The notes under the pieces were generated by a model that ran no database searches, had not been told where the DNA came from, and saw only the letters and a program-made list of their open reading frames with translations. A DNA stretch of 63,786 bases, filler included, from Atractiella rhizophila (taxonomy: Eukaryota), in the NCBI GenBank assembly GCA_021432655.1. It is 5 parts of 5 records of this genome, joined end to end, with 100 filler letters (N's around TTAATTAATTAA, not from the genome) between each part and the next. Parts side by side here need not be neighbours in the genome. Positions count along the whole stretch, not along the records: positions 33,610 to 50,310 come from MU271897.1; positions 50,411 to 62,630 come from MU271924.1; 3 more parts are not named here. One strand, given 5' to 3'. A program made the translations under genes and the position numbers. This document shows positions 47,541 to 61,536 of the stretch, in pieces. Position 1 is the first letter of the stretch. The number at the start of each line of letters is the position of its first letter.

Positions 47541-50410
47541 TGCGTGGTCGTTTGAAGGCGTGGGCGAGGTTGAGAAGGACGAAACGGATGAGAGGAAGCT
47601 AGGTAGAAGGTGGGTCAACTTTTCTTGTTGGATGTACATCTCCAATGCGAATGAAATGGCTGGATAAAGAGAGTGGCAAATTGATGTGATGTGAGAGGTA
47701 ACGGGGGGATATCAATGCTTTTAGAGCCCAGCATCGAAATAACGACCGCCGTTACTTGATTGCCAGCCAACGTCCGCCAGTTAAACGGGAAAGCTGGACA
47801 CTCACCTGGACTTCACACTTGCCTACAGGGTAACTGTAGAGCCAATCCCAGCGCTGAGCTACGAAGAATCAAGAGCGGTGATGGTCGTAGAGCGCAGGCA
47901 AAACTGAGTGATGGTCCAAGTTGATGAAGACAAAGGGGAGCACTCACTTTTAGGGTTCGAGCACCCCGAACCTTAGCCAACAACGCGACCAATGCGAACA
48001 GACGAAGAGGAAGAGGATGTAGTTTGGCTGGGACTGTGGTACATATTGCATGGAAACAAAAGCAGAGTGTTCGTGTAATCTGGGAGGGTATTAATGTGGT
48101 TTGGCAGGAATGAGACAGGTGAGAGCTTTGAAGAACGCGTCGAAAGTGGTGGCATCTTCCACAGCTCCATTGCCTTGGGATTCATGTTGACGTTTGACCT
48201 CCATGGGCATGTCAGAGAATGTAGAAGCACAATCAATGAGGATGAGACAACCCAGGGACTGCAAAGTTTAACTTGTTTTACATTTGCATGGTAAAACTGC
48301 AAAAGCACATTTGGCTCCCTCGGCGAACATTCAGCAGATTGGGCGAACAAGTCCAATGTAGCCCAGGATTGGGATGTCACTTGTAAGATCTTTCATATGA
48401 GAAAGCTTCAGGCATGGGAGAGTGCCTCGCAGTTTTCGCCACACAGAACTATTTCTCTCCACTAATGAGGACGTCTATTTGTTTGAAGGAGGTTTCCTTC
48501 CGCGCCAGGCACTTTTCGAAAACTGGGAAGCCTGGATCGGACGGCCGAAAGATTTATGTGTGGGATAGGAGAAATAAGGAGGGAACCATTGAATTTACAG
48601 GAATAATGTGCACTCCCCCATTACATTGAAGTTGAAGAAGCCTTCTCTTGGCGAGATCCTTCCTCGACAATTGGAACGCTGAGCCCAAAGGTGTGTCAAG
48701 CCATCCGTTATTTCCTCTGGAGAGACAAATTTCGAAGGTGTATCCAATGATCTCGAGATATTGAACATGCTTGTTGAGTTGACCTTGATAGTTCGTGTGA
48801 AGGTGGACTGTTGCCAACGGATGCAAGGTGGCCAGACTTGTCCTTCCTCCCTTTGTTGTTGTGAGATCTGATCACTGAAGAAAGAAGGGCAGTATCATGG
48901 AGGCGTCGATTACCCTCATTAAGGGATGACCTTTGGAAGTATCTGTTTCAGTCTCTTCGCGACTGGAGGAGCCATCGCCTCCAGTTCTCTCTCTTGTAAG
49001 TTGCGAAGCTACATGCTTGTGCCTCCACGAGGCTGCAGTCAAGATGACAGGATGACCTAAACATAATACGGCGCAGGGACCCTATGGTCCAAGACAGTCA
49101 GTAATGATCCCAAGGTTCTGCATGTGACACCAATCTGTATGCAGGCAGGGAACCTTTGTTCCCTCGTCACAGTTATTGCCATTATGCAACTGAGCTTACT
49201 TGACCTCATGAGTTGAGACTGTCGCAAGATCGGAACACATGTCTGCTTTCTGACACATCGGAGAATGTTCCTTCGACTTTATCTTTCTGATGCCATTCAA
49301 ATAAGTGAGAACTTTGAGACCTGCGTCGCGGCAAGCCCTGAAAGGCACTGACATCAGGTTGAAAGGAACAAGCAACGTTTTCCACCAAGGTGCTTGAGTT
49401 CTTCCGTGGCCTTTCCATTCTATCTGATCATATGCGTTACCGAACGCAATTCAGAAGTAGAAACTTTGTGGAATCATTTGTCGTGTTGTTTCCTTGTCTC
49501 TTCTGCAGAACACAGTAGGTTTGAACCTTCCTTGTTCCCTCGTGGCCGCCTCGTGGCATTTTCTGTCACTTTTGAAGTGCGGAAGGTCTTGTGAAAAGGC
49601 TCGAGCGCTGAATCCAAGAGTCTACTTGTCTCCTTGCGTGCTTCTCTTCAGTTGAAAATCGGCGGAATCCAAGCGGAAGCATAGTCCATTGCACTCAGGA
49701 TCAATGAGCTCAATCGCCAAGTTGAATCGAACAACTTTCCATTTGACTGGATGTACTTATCTCCAGCCAAACAACCACACACAAATTCAGGTTGCTCATC
49801 AATCCTTTGTTCCCAAATCTTAGTTTCAGGACAGTCATTACGCAGTTACCCCACCAGGTTCAAAAGGTCGCCTCGCCCTTTCCTTCCTTCTTTCTCCGGC
49901 CAGCTTCTCACGAAGTCAGGAGCATTCTATCTTTGTCTCTCCCCTCCCCGAGAGTCCGTGCAACTTTGGACACAAAGGGATCTGGTCAACTCAAAAGCTT
50001 AAAATCCCAATTCGTATCCTTGCTCAAAAATCGTTTAGGTCACCCCTTGTTTCTTTGATTGATTTCCCTCAGCCTGGGTCTCCAATCTCAGTGCAGGTCA
50101 ACTCTGATTGATTTGGAGGCATAAGGGCTTGCCACGCTCGCGACTGAAGCTTCTTTCTGATCATCCATAAAAGGGCTCCTTCGACACCAGCCGAAGAACA
50201 AGCGCTCTCCATCCTGTAGCTGCCTCATTTGTTTGTTTACCGTTGTAAACATGATTCCCGGTTTCAGTCTAGCTTATATCTGGATTCTCTTTTCATTGTG
50301 AGCTATCTCCNNNNNNNNNNNNNNNNNNNNNNNNNNNNNNNNNNNNNNNNNNNNTTAATTAATTAANNNNNNNNNNNNNNNNNNNNNNNNNNNNNNNNNN
50401 NNNNNNNNNN

Positions 50411-53400
50411 GTCACGGAAGCGCGCAAGTGCACCGCGCTGCCCCGCAACTCCGCCTGTCGCACCTGCCGCCTGCGCAAGGTCAAATGCGACGCGCTCCGC
50501 CCGCACTGCACGCCCTGCGTCAAGTCCGCCCGCGCGCACTCCATCCCCGTCGAGGAGGTCGGGTGCTCGTACGACGAGCCCGCCGCGTCGTCCTCCAAGG
50601 GAGGCGTTGCTGCTGGTGCTGCCGGTGCGGAGGGTGGGGAGGGAGGGGGAGGGAGGAAGAGGAGGAGGAGGGAGGATGGGTCTGCGGTTGTTTCGGGGAG
50701 TGTGGGTGGACAGGCGGGGGCGGAGGGGAGTGCGGGTGCGGGTGCGAAGGGGAAGGGAGGGAGGGTGAAGGTTTTGGAGGATAAGATTGGTGTGTTTTCT
50801 TCTTTTACTGTGAAGAAAGTGCAGTGTGTGGTGCGGGACGCGTCTTCTTTAACGCCAGTGTCAACGGCCATGTCGGCCTCTGGGCAAAGAATGGTGATGC
50901 CCGAAAATGAATTTCGGCGACTCCATCCATCCGAAATCCCTGATCGCTCACACAATCATCCATCATATTTTCTCTTTCTTATTCCCCCATGCATGTTTAG
51001 TTGTTTTCTGAGAGGATAAGAGGGGAAAATCGTCATGACTCGATCCGTTACATGATGCTCTCTGTCTTTATCAAGCATAGAGACTACGGATGGAGAATTG
51101 AACTTCATTGACATCTATAATGGAGTTCTTTACCCTCTGCTTGTCATTCACTACCGGAGAAAAGGACAATCCGCCGAGCGCGCTTTCACAAGTTGAACGC
51201 GTAATTGCTCAATGTTGGGAATAAGACAACTTGCAGAGGAACTCTTTTAGAGCGGCGAGAGTGAAGCCTTTCAAAGGAAACTTTTTACGTTGGAAGGAAA
51301 TGGGTCGAACATTACACGACACATTTCTTGTCACTGGCGATTTGAACCTAAAGGATAGAGATCGCAGTCGAATCCTCTCTCCGTTAAAGCAGATAACTGA
51401 ACGAGCTCTTTTGTAATCTATAGCTGAACTCGAACGCCTCATTCGCGAACAAGCCGCCATCAACGCCGGCAAAGCGATGACCTCCACCACCACCACCCTC
51501 CCTCCGCCCACAACGACAAACGCAACCACCTCCGCTTCCTCCTTCGGGTTCACGAGCATGCCGGAGGCGGGAACGAGCGTGTCCGTCGCTGGGACGGGGG
51601 GCGGGATCGGAGTTGGAGGCGGCGGACCGGCGATGTTCGACCCGTTCTCGACCCTCACGTCGCTCGCTGCTGGAAACGGGCTAGAGGAGAGGAGCATGAA
51701 TATGAACTTTGATTTTGGGATTGGGAGTGCGGCGTTGGGTGGCGCTGCGAAGAGTAATAGTGTTGGGCCGGGATTGACGGTGGGTGTTAGTCCCCAGCCG
51801 GGGACGGATGCTAGTCCGAGCAATTTGAGCGGTGGGGGGAATGATCCGTTGTTGGAATTGTTGTGGCCGGGATGGAGCAAGACGTTGCCTAATCCTACCG
51901 TTGTGCAAGGTTCGTCATACCCCCACTCTCGTTTGACGGTTAATTTATAAGCTGATTCGACCTGGACGGCTCACAGTGCTCGTCGACTCCTTCTTCACCC
52001 GCGATCACGCCGGCAAGAACCTAGTGGACAAAGCCAAGTTTTCCCGAAACCTCCTCCTGCCCCCTAACCACTCCTCCTTCCCCCACCTCTCCCTCATCCA
52101 CGCCATCTGCGCCATCGGAGCCCGATTCGTCTCCCGCGACACCTTCTCCTTCGAATTCGAAGGCGTCCCAAAGTACTGGCTCAGCGCCGGGACGCCCGAG
52201 AACTACCATGCCCAATGCGCAAAGGAGTTCATCGACGAAGCGATCGCACAGGGACGGAAACTGTTCCAGGTCGCACAGGCCATCGTCCTCGTCTCCTTCT
52301 ACGCTTATTCCCACGCGCGCTACGTCGAGGTCTGGCTCTATTGTGGTCTCGGAACGAGATTGGCGACCCCGCTGGGACTGAATCATCTCGAGGGAACGTA
52401 TAAGGGAGATACGGGAAAGAAGGAGAGGAAGGAAACGGCGGGGAAACCGTCGATCTTACCCCCGCCGGTGGATGATCAGGAAACGTTTGAGAGGGCGAGC
52501 ACGTTTTGGTCTGCTTTTTGTTGTGATCGGTTCGCGAGCGCGAGCACTGGGTGGGCGACGAGTATTGACGAAGCTGATATTTCAACTTTACTCCCCGTCC
52601 CTCCAGGAGCTGATGTGGGAAGTTACAACCATACTGACTCGTGAGTCCGTCTTCCAGTAGAGAGATGATGATTGAATTGATGTCGAATAGACCACTCTCT
52701 ATTTCGTCACCAGACTTCCTTACCTCGCACCCGCCACACCTTGTAACCTCCTTCCAACTCCACATCAAATCAGTGGTCCTCCTAGGTCGCGTCGTGACGT
52801 TCATGCAACGCGCTCCGTGGCCCATTGGGAAGAATCTTTGTGCGTGCTCTACTTCAAGTCATATTGGAGTGCGCTTATGCAAGGTTGATTATAGCACGAG
52901 GTGTTGCTGGTGCGCCAAAGCACTTAGCAAGCGTGCCATTGGGAACGCCTCTTGTGGATGTACGGAATAGGTTTGTCTCTGCTTAATTCATTGAAGAGGA
53001 TGTTGATCTTCGTTGATGAAGCAACGAGTTCAAACGATTGGATGCCGATGTGGTCAAGTTTAGACTTAGCTTTCCAAAGGATTATAGTAATATGTTGGCG
53101 AAAAACGAGGATGGGCAAGTCGATTCCAACTTGGTCACTGCTCATGTCATTCCTCGTATGTCTTCTTCTCTTTTTCACTTTACGGAAAGCTGACAAAGAG
53201 AGGATAGATGTGTTGGTCCCCTTGTTTTTTTCTGGCAACGGGTAGGATGGATGACTGACATTTTGTAACAGCTGCACCATCCTCCTTCATGAACCTTTCT
53301 GCAGTTTAAAAGACGAAGTATCGATGGCGAGATGTCTCACATCTGCACGAGCGATACTGTCAAGTATCTATCTACTTTGGAGCTCCAGTTACGAGATCGC

Positions 53401-54198
53401 TCTGCTCAGCCCTTTCGTCAATTGGGTATGTCATTTGCCTGCACCTCCTCTTGCGGCACTCATTTAATCGATTATGCCAGTGTTGGGCTGTCGCAGGACG
53501 TGAGTAATTTGTCCTTTTGTCAGAATGAGAGCCTGATGAGCTTTATTCATCAGGGACATTGGTCAGAGAAATTGCTGTCAAGGAACTTAAGGGAGACGCC
53601 GTTGCTGCCGCGAGTACCAGGCAAGAAGTGGAAGTCATCCTTGCCGCAATGACGGGATATGGGCAGGTACGTCATTTTGCCCGGGTTTTCTTTGCTTTCT
53701 AACTCAAATGTCGCAAAGCGAGCACCACTAGGTTTAAATTCAGCCGAAAATCTGAGACGTCTTCTCAACAATCCTTCCTGCGTGCTGGACGAGACGGATG
53801 ACCTGTGCACACTCGGGGATATCTACCCTAACGGCTCAAACATCCACCCCATCGACCCAGTCCAACCGACATCCGGCTTCCAACCCATGGAAGTCGACCC
53901 CACGAATCCCCTCGACACCCTCCTCCAACAGATGGAGAACTCGCGATCAAACTCGAACACAGATTCTCCCGCCAATTCGTCCAGCAATAATACCGAAAGT
54001 TCGCCGGGCCAGCAGCCTGGTGCGACTCCGCAGAGCATCGAGTTCTCGTCCTTCCTTCTCGGCTTTGAAAGCCCTGCTCCTTCTGGAAGCGCGATTGGCG
54101 GCCCGTTTTCGAGCCAGGCGGATCAAATGAAGACTCTGTTGGAGTTCATGGAGAAGAATGGACTGGGGGGAACGTTCAACTCGTCTGCTGGATTCTGA
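50411..54198 (+). CDS. Zn(II)2Cys6 transcription factor with fungal-specific TF domain, 5'-partial
   Basis: ACRTCRLRKVKCDALRPHCTPC...GCSY; LLELLWPGW, FPHLSLIHAICAIG, RLATPLGL, ERASTFWSAFCCDR; multi-exon. Confidence 0.92.
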
Positions 54199-55312
54199 GA
54201 GATTTATCTTATTGTGCTATCCGACTCCCTCCACTCTGTCCTATCCATTTCGCTCGCAGTTTCAGGCATTGGCTGCTTTGATGTATTGTAGATTTGATGC
54301 TTGTGACGGAATTGTCAAATTATCGCCTATCGATACTACACTTTCAGAACTTGAAAGAGTTGTGCTCCTTCGCGTATCCGATCTCGCCAGCTTCTGTAAT
54401 ACTTGTTCATCCTCCGATCTTCCCGACACGATTGTTGCTCGTGTGGAGCTGAGCTGATGTGAGCCACTACTCCTCTCTCTGCCGAAGTGGTCGGCAGCAT
54501 TGTGAGCACGGATCGGGTACCCGCTCCACCCTCTGAGCACGGATTGGCTGACATTGCATTACTGCATCACCTACCAGTGTATTATCTGACAACTTTCTGA
54601 TCATCCCCTCCGTTCATTAAAGAACTCCGTTGGGGAGAGAGCAATTTCGGGCCCCGTTCCTGATTTTCAAGGATTTCCCGACGGGTGACTCCACTGCAGA
54701 TGTACCTGTAGGCTTTCTGCATGGAATTCTTCGCAAGTGTCGGAACATCAAAAAGCTGTAGCGAGATCCCATTGTGACCCAAGGAATTCAAGAAAGCCCA
54801 GCCTGCGTCGGTTCAAGAGTTCAACTCGTATTCCTTGTTCAATCTCACGTGCTTGTACATCTCCGAACGCTGCCACAAGCGGCATCAGCGCACCGTACTG
54901 TGCTAGAAGCTTCTTTACTTGTAGTACCAAATCTACTCCAACAATACTTGACGGGACTGTGCTACGGTGTAACGGGCCAGATTCCAACCCGAATAGTCGT
55001 GCTTCTCTGCTCAGACAGGATAAAGATAAAGAGCAGGGGGCTGAGAAGCGAGGGCACTCATATTCAACACCTCTTAGCCAATCGCGCCCTCGATTCCGTA
55101 ATACGCCGCTTCTGAAGCTCAACTCCTCCATTCGCCTGTTTCTTGTTGACAAGCTGATATATAGGTGGGTGAGTTTCTCCTCATTTCTCAAAACCTTCAA
55201 CGACATTTCTGAAGATTTTCACTCAGGATTCCCTTCCCCGCTAAATACAGAACTTCACCTTCACCTCCATCATCATCGTCGCAGTTGGTCCTCAAACTCA
55301 AACGGAATAGAC

Positions 55313-56372
55313 ATGTCTCTTCGCCCTCCTCTCAAAAGAAATCAAGGTTCGTTCCCTGCTCATTCTCAAACGCTAGGAACTGATGGAATGGTCAACAGCT
55401 TGCTCAAAGGTGCGGAGTTTCTGCCCGACAGCCGAGCTAAAGTCCTCACGGCTGGGTTGTGGGTTCCAGTGCAAAGAGCGAAAAATCAAGTGCGATGGTA
55501 TGCGTTTCTCCTCTCCCCTGTACAATCCCGAGTCTGTGTCTCACTCGATTCGATTCTCTGTAGCGACCGTTCCCGCGTGCCTAGCATGTCAACGTTCGGC
55601 ACACAACCGTGGAGAAGATCCAACTCTCGTTGTCTGCCACTACCCGGATCAAACAGCGATAGAGGCCGAATACGCGTCACGGTGAGCTCCCTCTCCCTTC
55701 AAAGCACTTTAACGGAATCTGAAGTCCCACTTAGAAAAGGGAGGAAACTCAAGCCGCGGCTTTATGGGGCTGGTGAGAGTCGTGACGGCTCAGTAGAGCT
55801 CAATAACGACCGCCTCGCGATGCTGGAAGCTCGTTTATGTGCGCGGAGTTCCATGCTCAAAAGTATTAACATTGATTTCGAGGCCAGGTCGTCTTGAAAA
55901 GCTCAACACGGACCTCATGGCTGCTCTCGGTAGAAGCGCAAGCTCGTCGACCACATCAACGACCAATTCTTCACCAGAACACTTCCCCACATCCCTCACA
56001 AGCTTTCCCTTCCCACTCCATAATCCAGCAAGCTTCCCCTCTACGAGCAACAGCAACAGCAGACAAGGAAGTGCGGATCCAATCGATTATTCGAGTCTGC
56101 TCAAGTTCGAAGAGGAACATTGCAACTTCAACGCAAACACGACATCAATTCAGAACAACCTCGAACCTATCTTCGCCTCCAATCCAAACCTCGAGCCCCT
56201 TTTGGCTGCCCATCCGAGCCTCGAACCCATATTAGCATCGAATCCCAACGTGATTCAATCGAATTGGACCAAAATGCTCAATATGGAACCGATAGTCAGT
56301 GCTGAGCCAACAAAGATTGGATCAGATGAGCAGGGTCTGTTGGATCTCCTTTTATCGATCCAAAATCAATAG
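55313..56372 (+). CDS. Short Zn(II)2Cys6 protein lacking the C-terminal TF domain
   Basis: Spliced with five introns including an 11-nt micro-exon: LKRNQACSKCKERKIKCDATVPACLACQRS...VVCHY; coiled coil LAMLEARL.RLEKL; stop after GLLDLLLSIQNQ. Confidence 0.8.
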
Positions 56373-59300
56373 CTTCTTTCTCTCCACATCATGACTATGT
56401 ACCATATCTAATATGCTACTCGTGTACAACTTGAATCAAATAACGACGTACCCAAGGGTATTCAAAACATATTCAAGCATGAATGATTGCACAAGCACAG
56501 AGCACAGGATGAAGACAGAGTAGGCTAAAGGACTTCAGTTCAATAAATAAAAATCCAGAAATATTGGTGATCTCTATTCTTTTATAATCCACGGTCTTCG
56601 TCGAATTCTCCGTCAAGGTTTAGTAACGTGGGAGACTTCCTCGCAAGGGTAAACCATCGAGACCGATCCCCTTCCATCCCCTTGCAGCAGACACCAAACG
56701 CAATGCAGTATGTCATTGGCTGCGATTACCAGATTAATTGTCATTTAAATTCGAAGTGACTATTCATCAGGAGTCAGGATAGATCACCAGCATTCAAATT
56801 TCAAACCTTTCCTTTGATGCATGTGATGTGATGTGTACAATTGGCGTAATTTGGGCTTTGTGATAGGTGATAGCAATTTAGTGGTGTTCCCAGGTGTCAG
56901 CGATTATCGCCAACACTGCGATCATCTGATGCAAGTTTTGCCAGCCACAAACGGAGCAGAGGCGGGGAGCTAGCTCAAATTACAGAGAGTTAATATTTAT
57001 ATGAACAATAGAGTCATCTCACATAGAATCACGACCTCGAAGGTCACGACGTCGCTAATAGAACTCCAGTCAACCAGTGGCGAGTCGAGGCAAAAACATG
57101 ACCAGAGGTTCGAGAGGACAAAAAGGTGCTAAACAACACGTTAAATTGTGAGGAAAATCAAGAGTGTTGCATTTTTGGCTTATACAATTGTCGGCGATGT
57201 GAAAATGTGTGAAAACTACAAATGTCGGCGTGACGCTGTAACATTTCGTCCTTTCAGCGAGAGAGAGAGTAACATTGTGGAATACATAATAGCAGACATC
57301 GTAATTGTATACTCAAAGTTTGCATTGAAATAATGGCCCAGCGAGCATGAGTTGCACAAATGTTGAAACAACTTCAAGCTCAGTTTTGGAGCACCTCTGT
57401 GGAGATGAGAAAGCACATGAGTTGACGAACTCACTGAATTCGAACCCGTCGATATTTCAATTCTCAAGCACTCAAGATTAGTAACTACATGTTGTTTGAA
57501 CTTGTTCTATCCAGTCACCACTAACAATGTTGCGTGGTTGCGGTTGACAGAATGGAACACGTGACAGTCCGTCCCGCAAACCAAACGCGTTTCCAGCTGC
57601 GCGTCACAGATTTAAAAACGTCAGGCTTTCAGCATACATCAGTCCTAGTTTCAACTTACTTGTATACTTATTGGCAGCTCATTCCTCCCACACACTCACA
57701 TACTGGCAAGGTCATTGAACCTCTGAACTTGGTTGCAGTATGAAAACGTTTAGCACCTTCAAGGTCTCAGGGTTATACATATAACAGCCTCGAGTTAGAG
57801 TTTCTACAAAAGAATCCGGTAAACGAAGTTGCTTGCAGATATTAACAAGTGATTTGGGATGTGGAACATGTAGGCAAGGTGTTCCGGAATAGGCAAGGGA
57901 AGGCTTGAGCGGGATCCTTAGTATCTGCTTCTAAAGAGAGTAAGTCTGATCCTTTTTTCGATCGGCGGGCTTTGGGGATCTAGAGAGTTCGAAAGCCGAA
58001 GTCTGAACATTTGCTTGATAAGGCCTTTTACATGGTCAGCCTCATGCATGCTCATTTTCCAAGGCCTGCCCATCTTGTGAGGGGTAGAGTATACCAACGC
58101 TTACTGATTGCACCACCTGTTGATTGAGAAGGATTTCCCTTCATCGATTACATGTTTTATCGCCCTGAACACCCGCGTTCCCCGGTGAGACCTCTGTCGG
58201 AGTTGAACGTGGGGTATTTGCAACAGTGTGATGAGAAATCCTCCAATCTGATGGGAGAACTTGCGGTGTCNNNNNNNNNNNNNNNNNNNNNNNNNNNNNN
58301 NNNNNNNNNNNNNNNNNNNNNNNNNNNNNNNNNNNNNNNNNNNNNNNNNNNNNNNNNNNNNNNNNNNNNNNNNNNNNNNNNNNNNNNNNNNNNNNNNNNN
58401 NNNNNNNNNNNNNNNNNNNNNNNNNNNNNNNNNNNNNNNNNNNNNNNNNNNNNNNNNNNNNNNNNNNNNNNNNNNNNNNNNNNNNNNNNNNNNNNNNNNN
58501 NNNNNNNNNNNNNNNNNNNNNNNNNNNNNNNNNNNNNNNNNNNNNNNNNNNNNNNNNNNNNNNNNNNNNNNNNNNNNNNNNNNNNNNNNNNNNNNNNNNN
58601 NNNNNNNNNNNNNNNNNNNNNNNNNNNNNNNNNNNNNNNNNNNNNNNNNNNNNNNNNNNNNNNNNNNNNNNNNNNNNNNNNNNNNNNNNNNNNNNNNNNN
58701 NNNNNNNNNNNNNNNNNNNNNNNNNNNNNNNNNNNNNNNNNNNNNNNNNNNNNNNNNNNNNNNNNNNNNNNNNNNNNNNNNNNNNNNNNNNNNNNNNNNN
58801 NNNNNNNNNNNNNNNNNNNNNNNNNNNNNNNNNNNNNNNNNNNNNNNNNNNNNNNNNNNNNNNNNNNNNNNNNNNNNNNNNNNNNNNNNNNNNNNNNNNN
58901 NNNNNNNNNNNNNNNNNNNNNNNNNNNNNNNNNNNNNNNNNNNNNNNNNNNNNNNNNNNNNNNNNNNNNNNNNNNNNNNNNNNNNNNNNNNNNNNNNNNN
59001 NNNNNNNNNTTCTGTTCTCTTAAGTACAACGAGCAGACTTACGCAAAGAGCGGAGTAGGTGTGCCTTTCAGAAGGTTAGCTTGGAAACGCACGAGGACGT
59101 TGCGAGAGGTGAACGCCTTCACATTACGTTTCAACTCTGTTTACGTTTCAAACGAGTCGACTTCTCAGAACCGAGTACGCTATTGGCGGGGCCTGCCTCT
59201 CAACTGTAGACTATGGAGAGTATCACGATAGCACACTGAAAGATATCGGTTCCCCTCGACTATTGTGAGGTAGAAGGCGGTACCGGCTCCAACGAAATCT

Positions 59301-59705
59301 ACCGGGGTTCACGCTACACGGGCAAGTCGTACAATTGATGGTGCTGGCTTGGCGAGGATAGGTGAATGAAAGATGAACTGCAAACGCGTGGATGAGAAGA
59401 GCTAGGACGATAGGTGATAGCGAAGAAGGAATGTCCATTCAGCTCACAGGGTTTCTCAAACTTCTCTTGCGATCCCACCTCACGATGCACAGGATGATCC
59501 ACCTCCACGATACACGAGGTTCGTCTCGACAGTCATCCGTTCTGAGGTGTTCGTCAGTCCCGGATCTCCTCGACTTGCTGAACTGGTCAGGAGTGCTGAG
59601 GTCGCAATCGAATTTCGCGATCCAGAATGCGAGACTCAGTCAAGCTATAAAAGCCACTCCTTGTCTGCTGGAAACGCAACGCGCTTCTCTCGGATATCTG
59701 CAAGC

Positions 59706-61230
59706 ATGATCTCGAAGTTCTTGCCTCTCCTCTTAGCTGCCAGCGCTCTCGCTGCCCCTAGCCCCTTTGATGGTCAAATCTTCGCTTCGTGAGTGTTGTG
59801 CTTCGTTTAACGAAACTTCCGCTGATCCCTTTGTCTAGACCTTGTGGCAGCGACCTTACACCCTCTGAGGTAGCTTCTGCGGAAGCTAGCCTGCAGAGCG
59901 CATTGGATGCTAAAGGATTGACCCTTGACGACTACTCTTCCGTTGCTAAAGTCAGGACCGCTCCTGGAGCTCGCGTTGCTGCTCCTGTCAAAGTTTGTGC
60001 GTATATTTCGATGTTTTGGTGGAAATGATGTATGGACTCATGTTTCGGCAGACTTCCACAACATCTACTCCACCAACAGCTCCAGCGGCGGATACCTCAC
60101 TGATGCTCAGATTTCTAGCACCATGTCAGTCTGTTCTCACGTCATGGTTCTTATTCTGATTATTTGGTTTAGCTCCACTCTTAACTCTCAGCTCTCTTCC
60201 ACTGGTGTTACTTTCACCCTCGCTGGAACGACCAGGACTCAGAACTCCAACTGGTTCTCCAGTGCTGGACCTAACCTCAACACCGGCGCTGAAAATTCTT
60301 TGGCTATCGCCATGAAGACCGGCTTGAGGCAGGGTGGCGTTGCTGACTTGAACCTGTACACTGTTGCATTTTCGGTACGCACATTCGACCAATCCTGCTT
60401 TGCGCATAGGTGACGTTTGCTTCAGGGGTCTTTGAATGGCTTGCTAGGCTATGCGTAAGATTTCTTTCGGTGGATCGAAAAACACTTCCTAATTGGGAAT
60501 ACAGTACCTTCCCATGGTGGTATGAGGATGAGCCCGAATACGATGGAGTCGTTTACAGATATGGTATGCATTTACTCTCTTCTTGATGCCAGTCCTGACC
60601 GTAGATCGCAGACACGACCCCCGGATCCACTCTGACTGTACGCTAATGTTCCCACACCACTTTAGATGCCTTAATATTGCAACCAGAACTACAACCAAGG
60701 CAAGACCCTTTCTCATGAAGTTGGTCACTGGCTTGGTCTCTACCACGTTTTCCAGGGTGGATGCACCGGTGATGGCGGTACGTTGTCTATCATAGCTGAG
60801 ACGACGGGGATGTAAACGATTATTCAGATTTCGTATCCGACACTGCTCCTCAGGCTGGTCCTACCAGTGGTTGCCCGGCCACTGCCCCAGACACTTGCTC
60901 TGGAGGCGGAGTTGACAACGTCAGTATTTCTCCGTTCTAAATGAATACCCATCACTAACGGAGTAAACAGATTCACAATTGTAAGCATTTTCTGTGCTCG
61001 AGAGTATGTCTCATTAATATTGACTATGACCTCCATAGTCATGGATTGTGAGTTGAAATCTCTCTTGCATTGCTTCTACTTATTTATCCTTAGACACGAT
61101 CGACACTTGCAAGAACCAGTGGACCGCTGGACAGATTACTCGTCTCACGGCTGCGTAAGTCGATAATCTGTCCGCAATTCCGTTACTGACAGCCCAATGC
61201 AGGATCGATATCTACAGGGGCATCGTGTGA
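59706..61230 (+). CDS. Secreted M43 (pappalysin-like) zinc metalloprotease
   Basis: Signal peptide [72 protein letters not shown] Met-turn split over 9-10 nt micro-exons. Confidence 0.92.
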
Positions 61231-61536
61231 AGGACGGAGAAGCGCTCGACGAAAAAATGTTTCGGTGTATTGTCACAGAACTGTCGTTGAAACGATCATT
61301 GTTTATTCAAGTTGTAGCTTTGGTGCCAACTTTCTGCGAACCCAAGTACCCAGAGATCTAGTAAGCATACAAAGGCATGAATGGTGAACGATGAGCGTAA
61401 TATTACAAGTGATAACTCAAAGATAACATCATCACAGGAGAGAGGAGTGTATGGGCTCAGAGATTTGACGAGAGCTTTGTACCAGAACTGGGACCATGCG
61501 ATTTTCTTTACTCATGCTTCCTGAACCTCTTATCAC

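Noticed and set aside
54582..55206. Possible minus-strand gene (MEELSFRSGVLRN...DVPTLAKNSMQKAY)
   Set aside because: Could not build a consistent spliced frame or recognise a domain; may be a small gene or pseudogene but unsupported.
54737..55897. 386-aa plus-strand ORF
   Set aside because: Reads through the introns of the short Zn2Cys6 gene and lacks its Cys cluster; the spliced model explains the region better.
58152..59231. Long ORFs of 265-359 aa
   Set aside because: Made almost entirely of N-gap translation.
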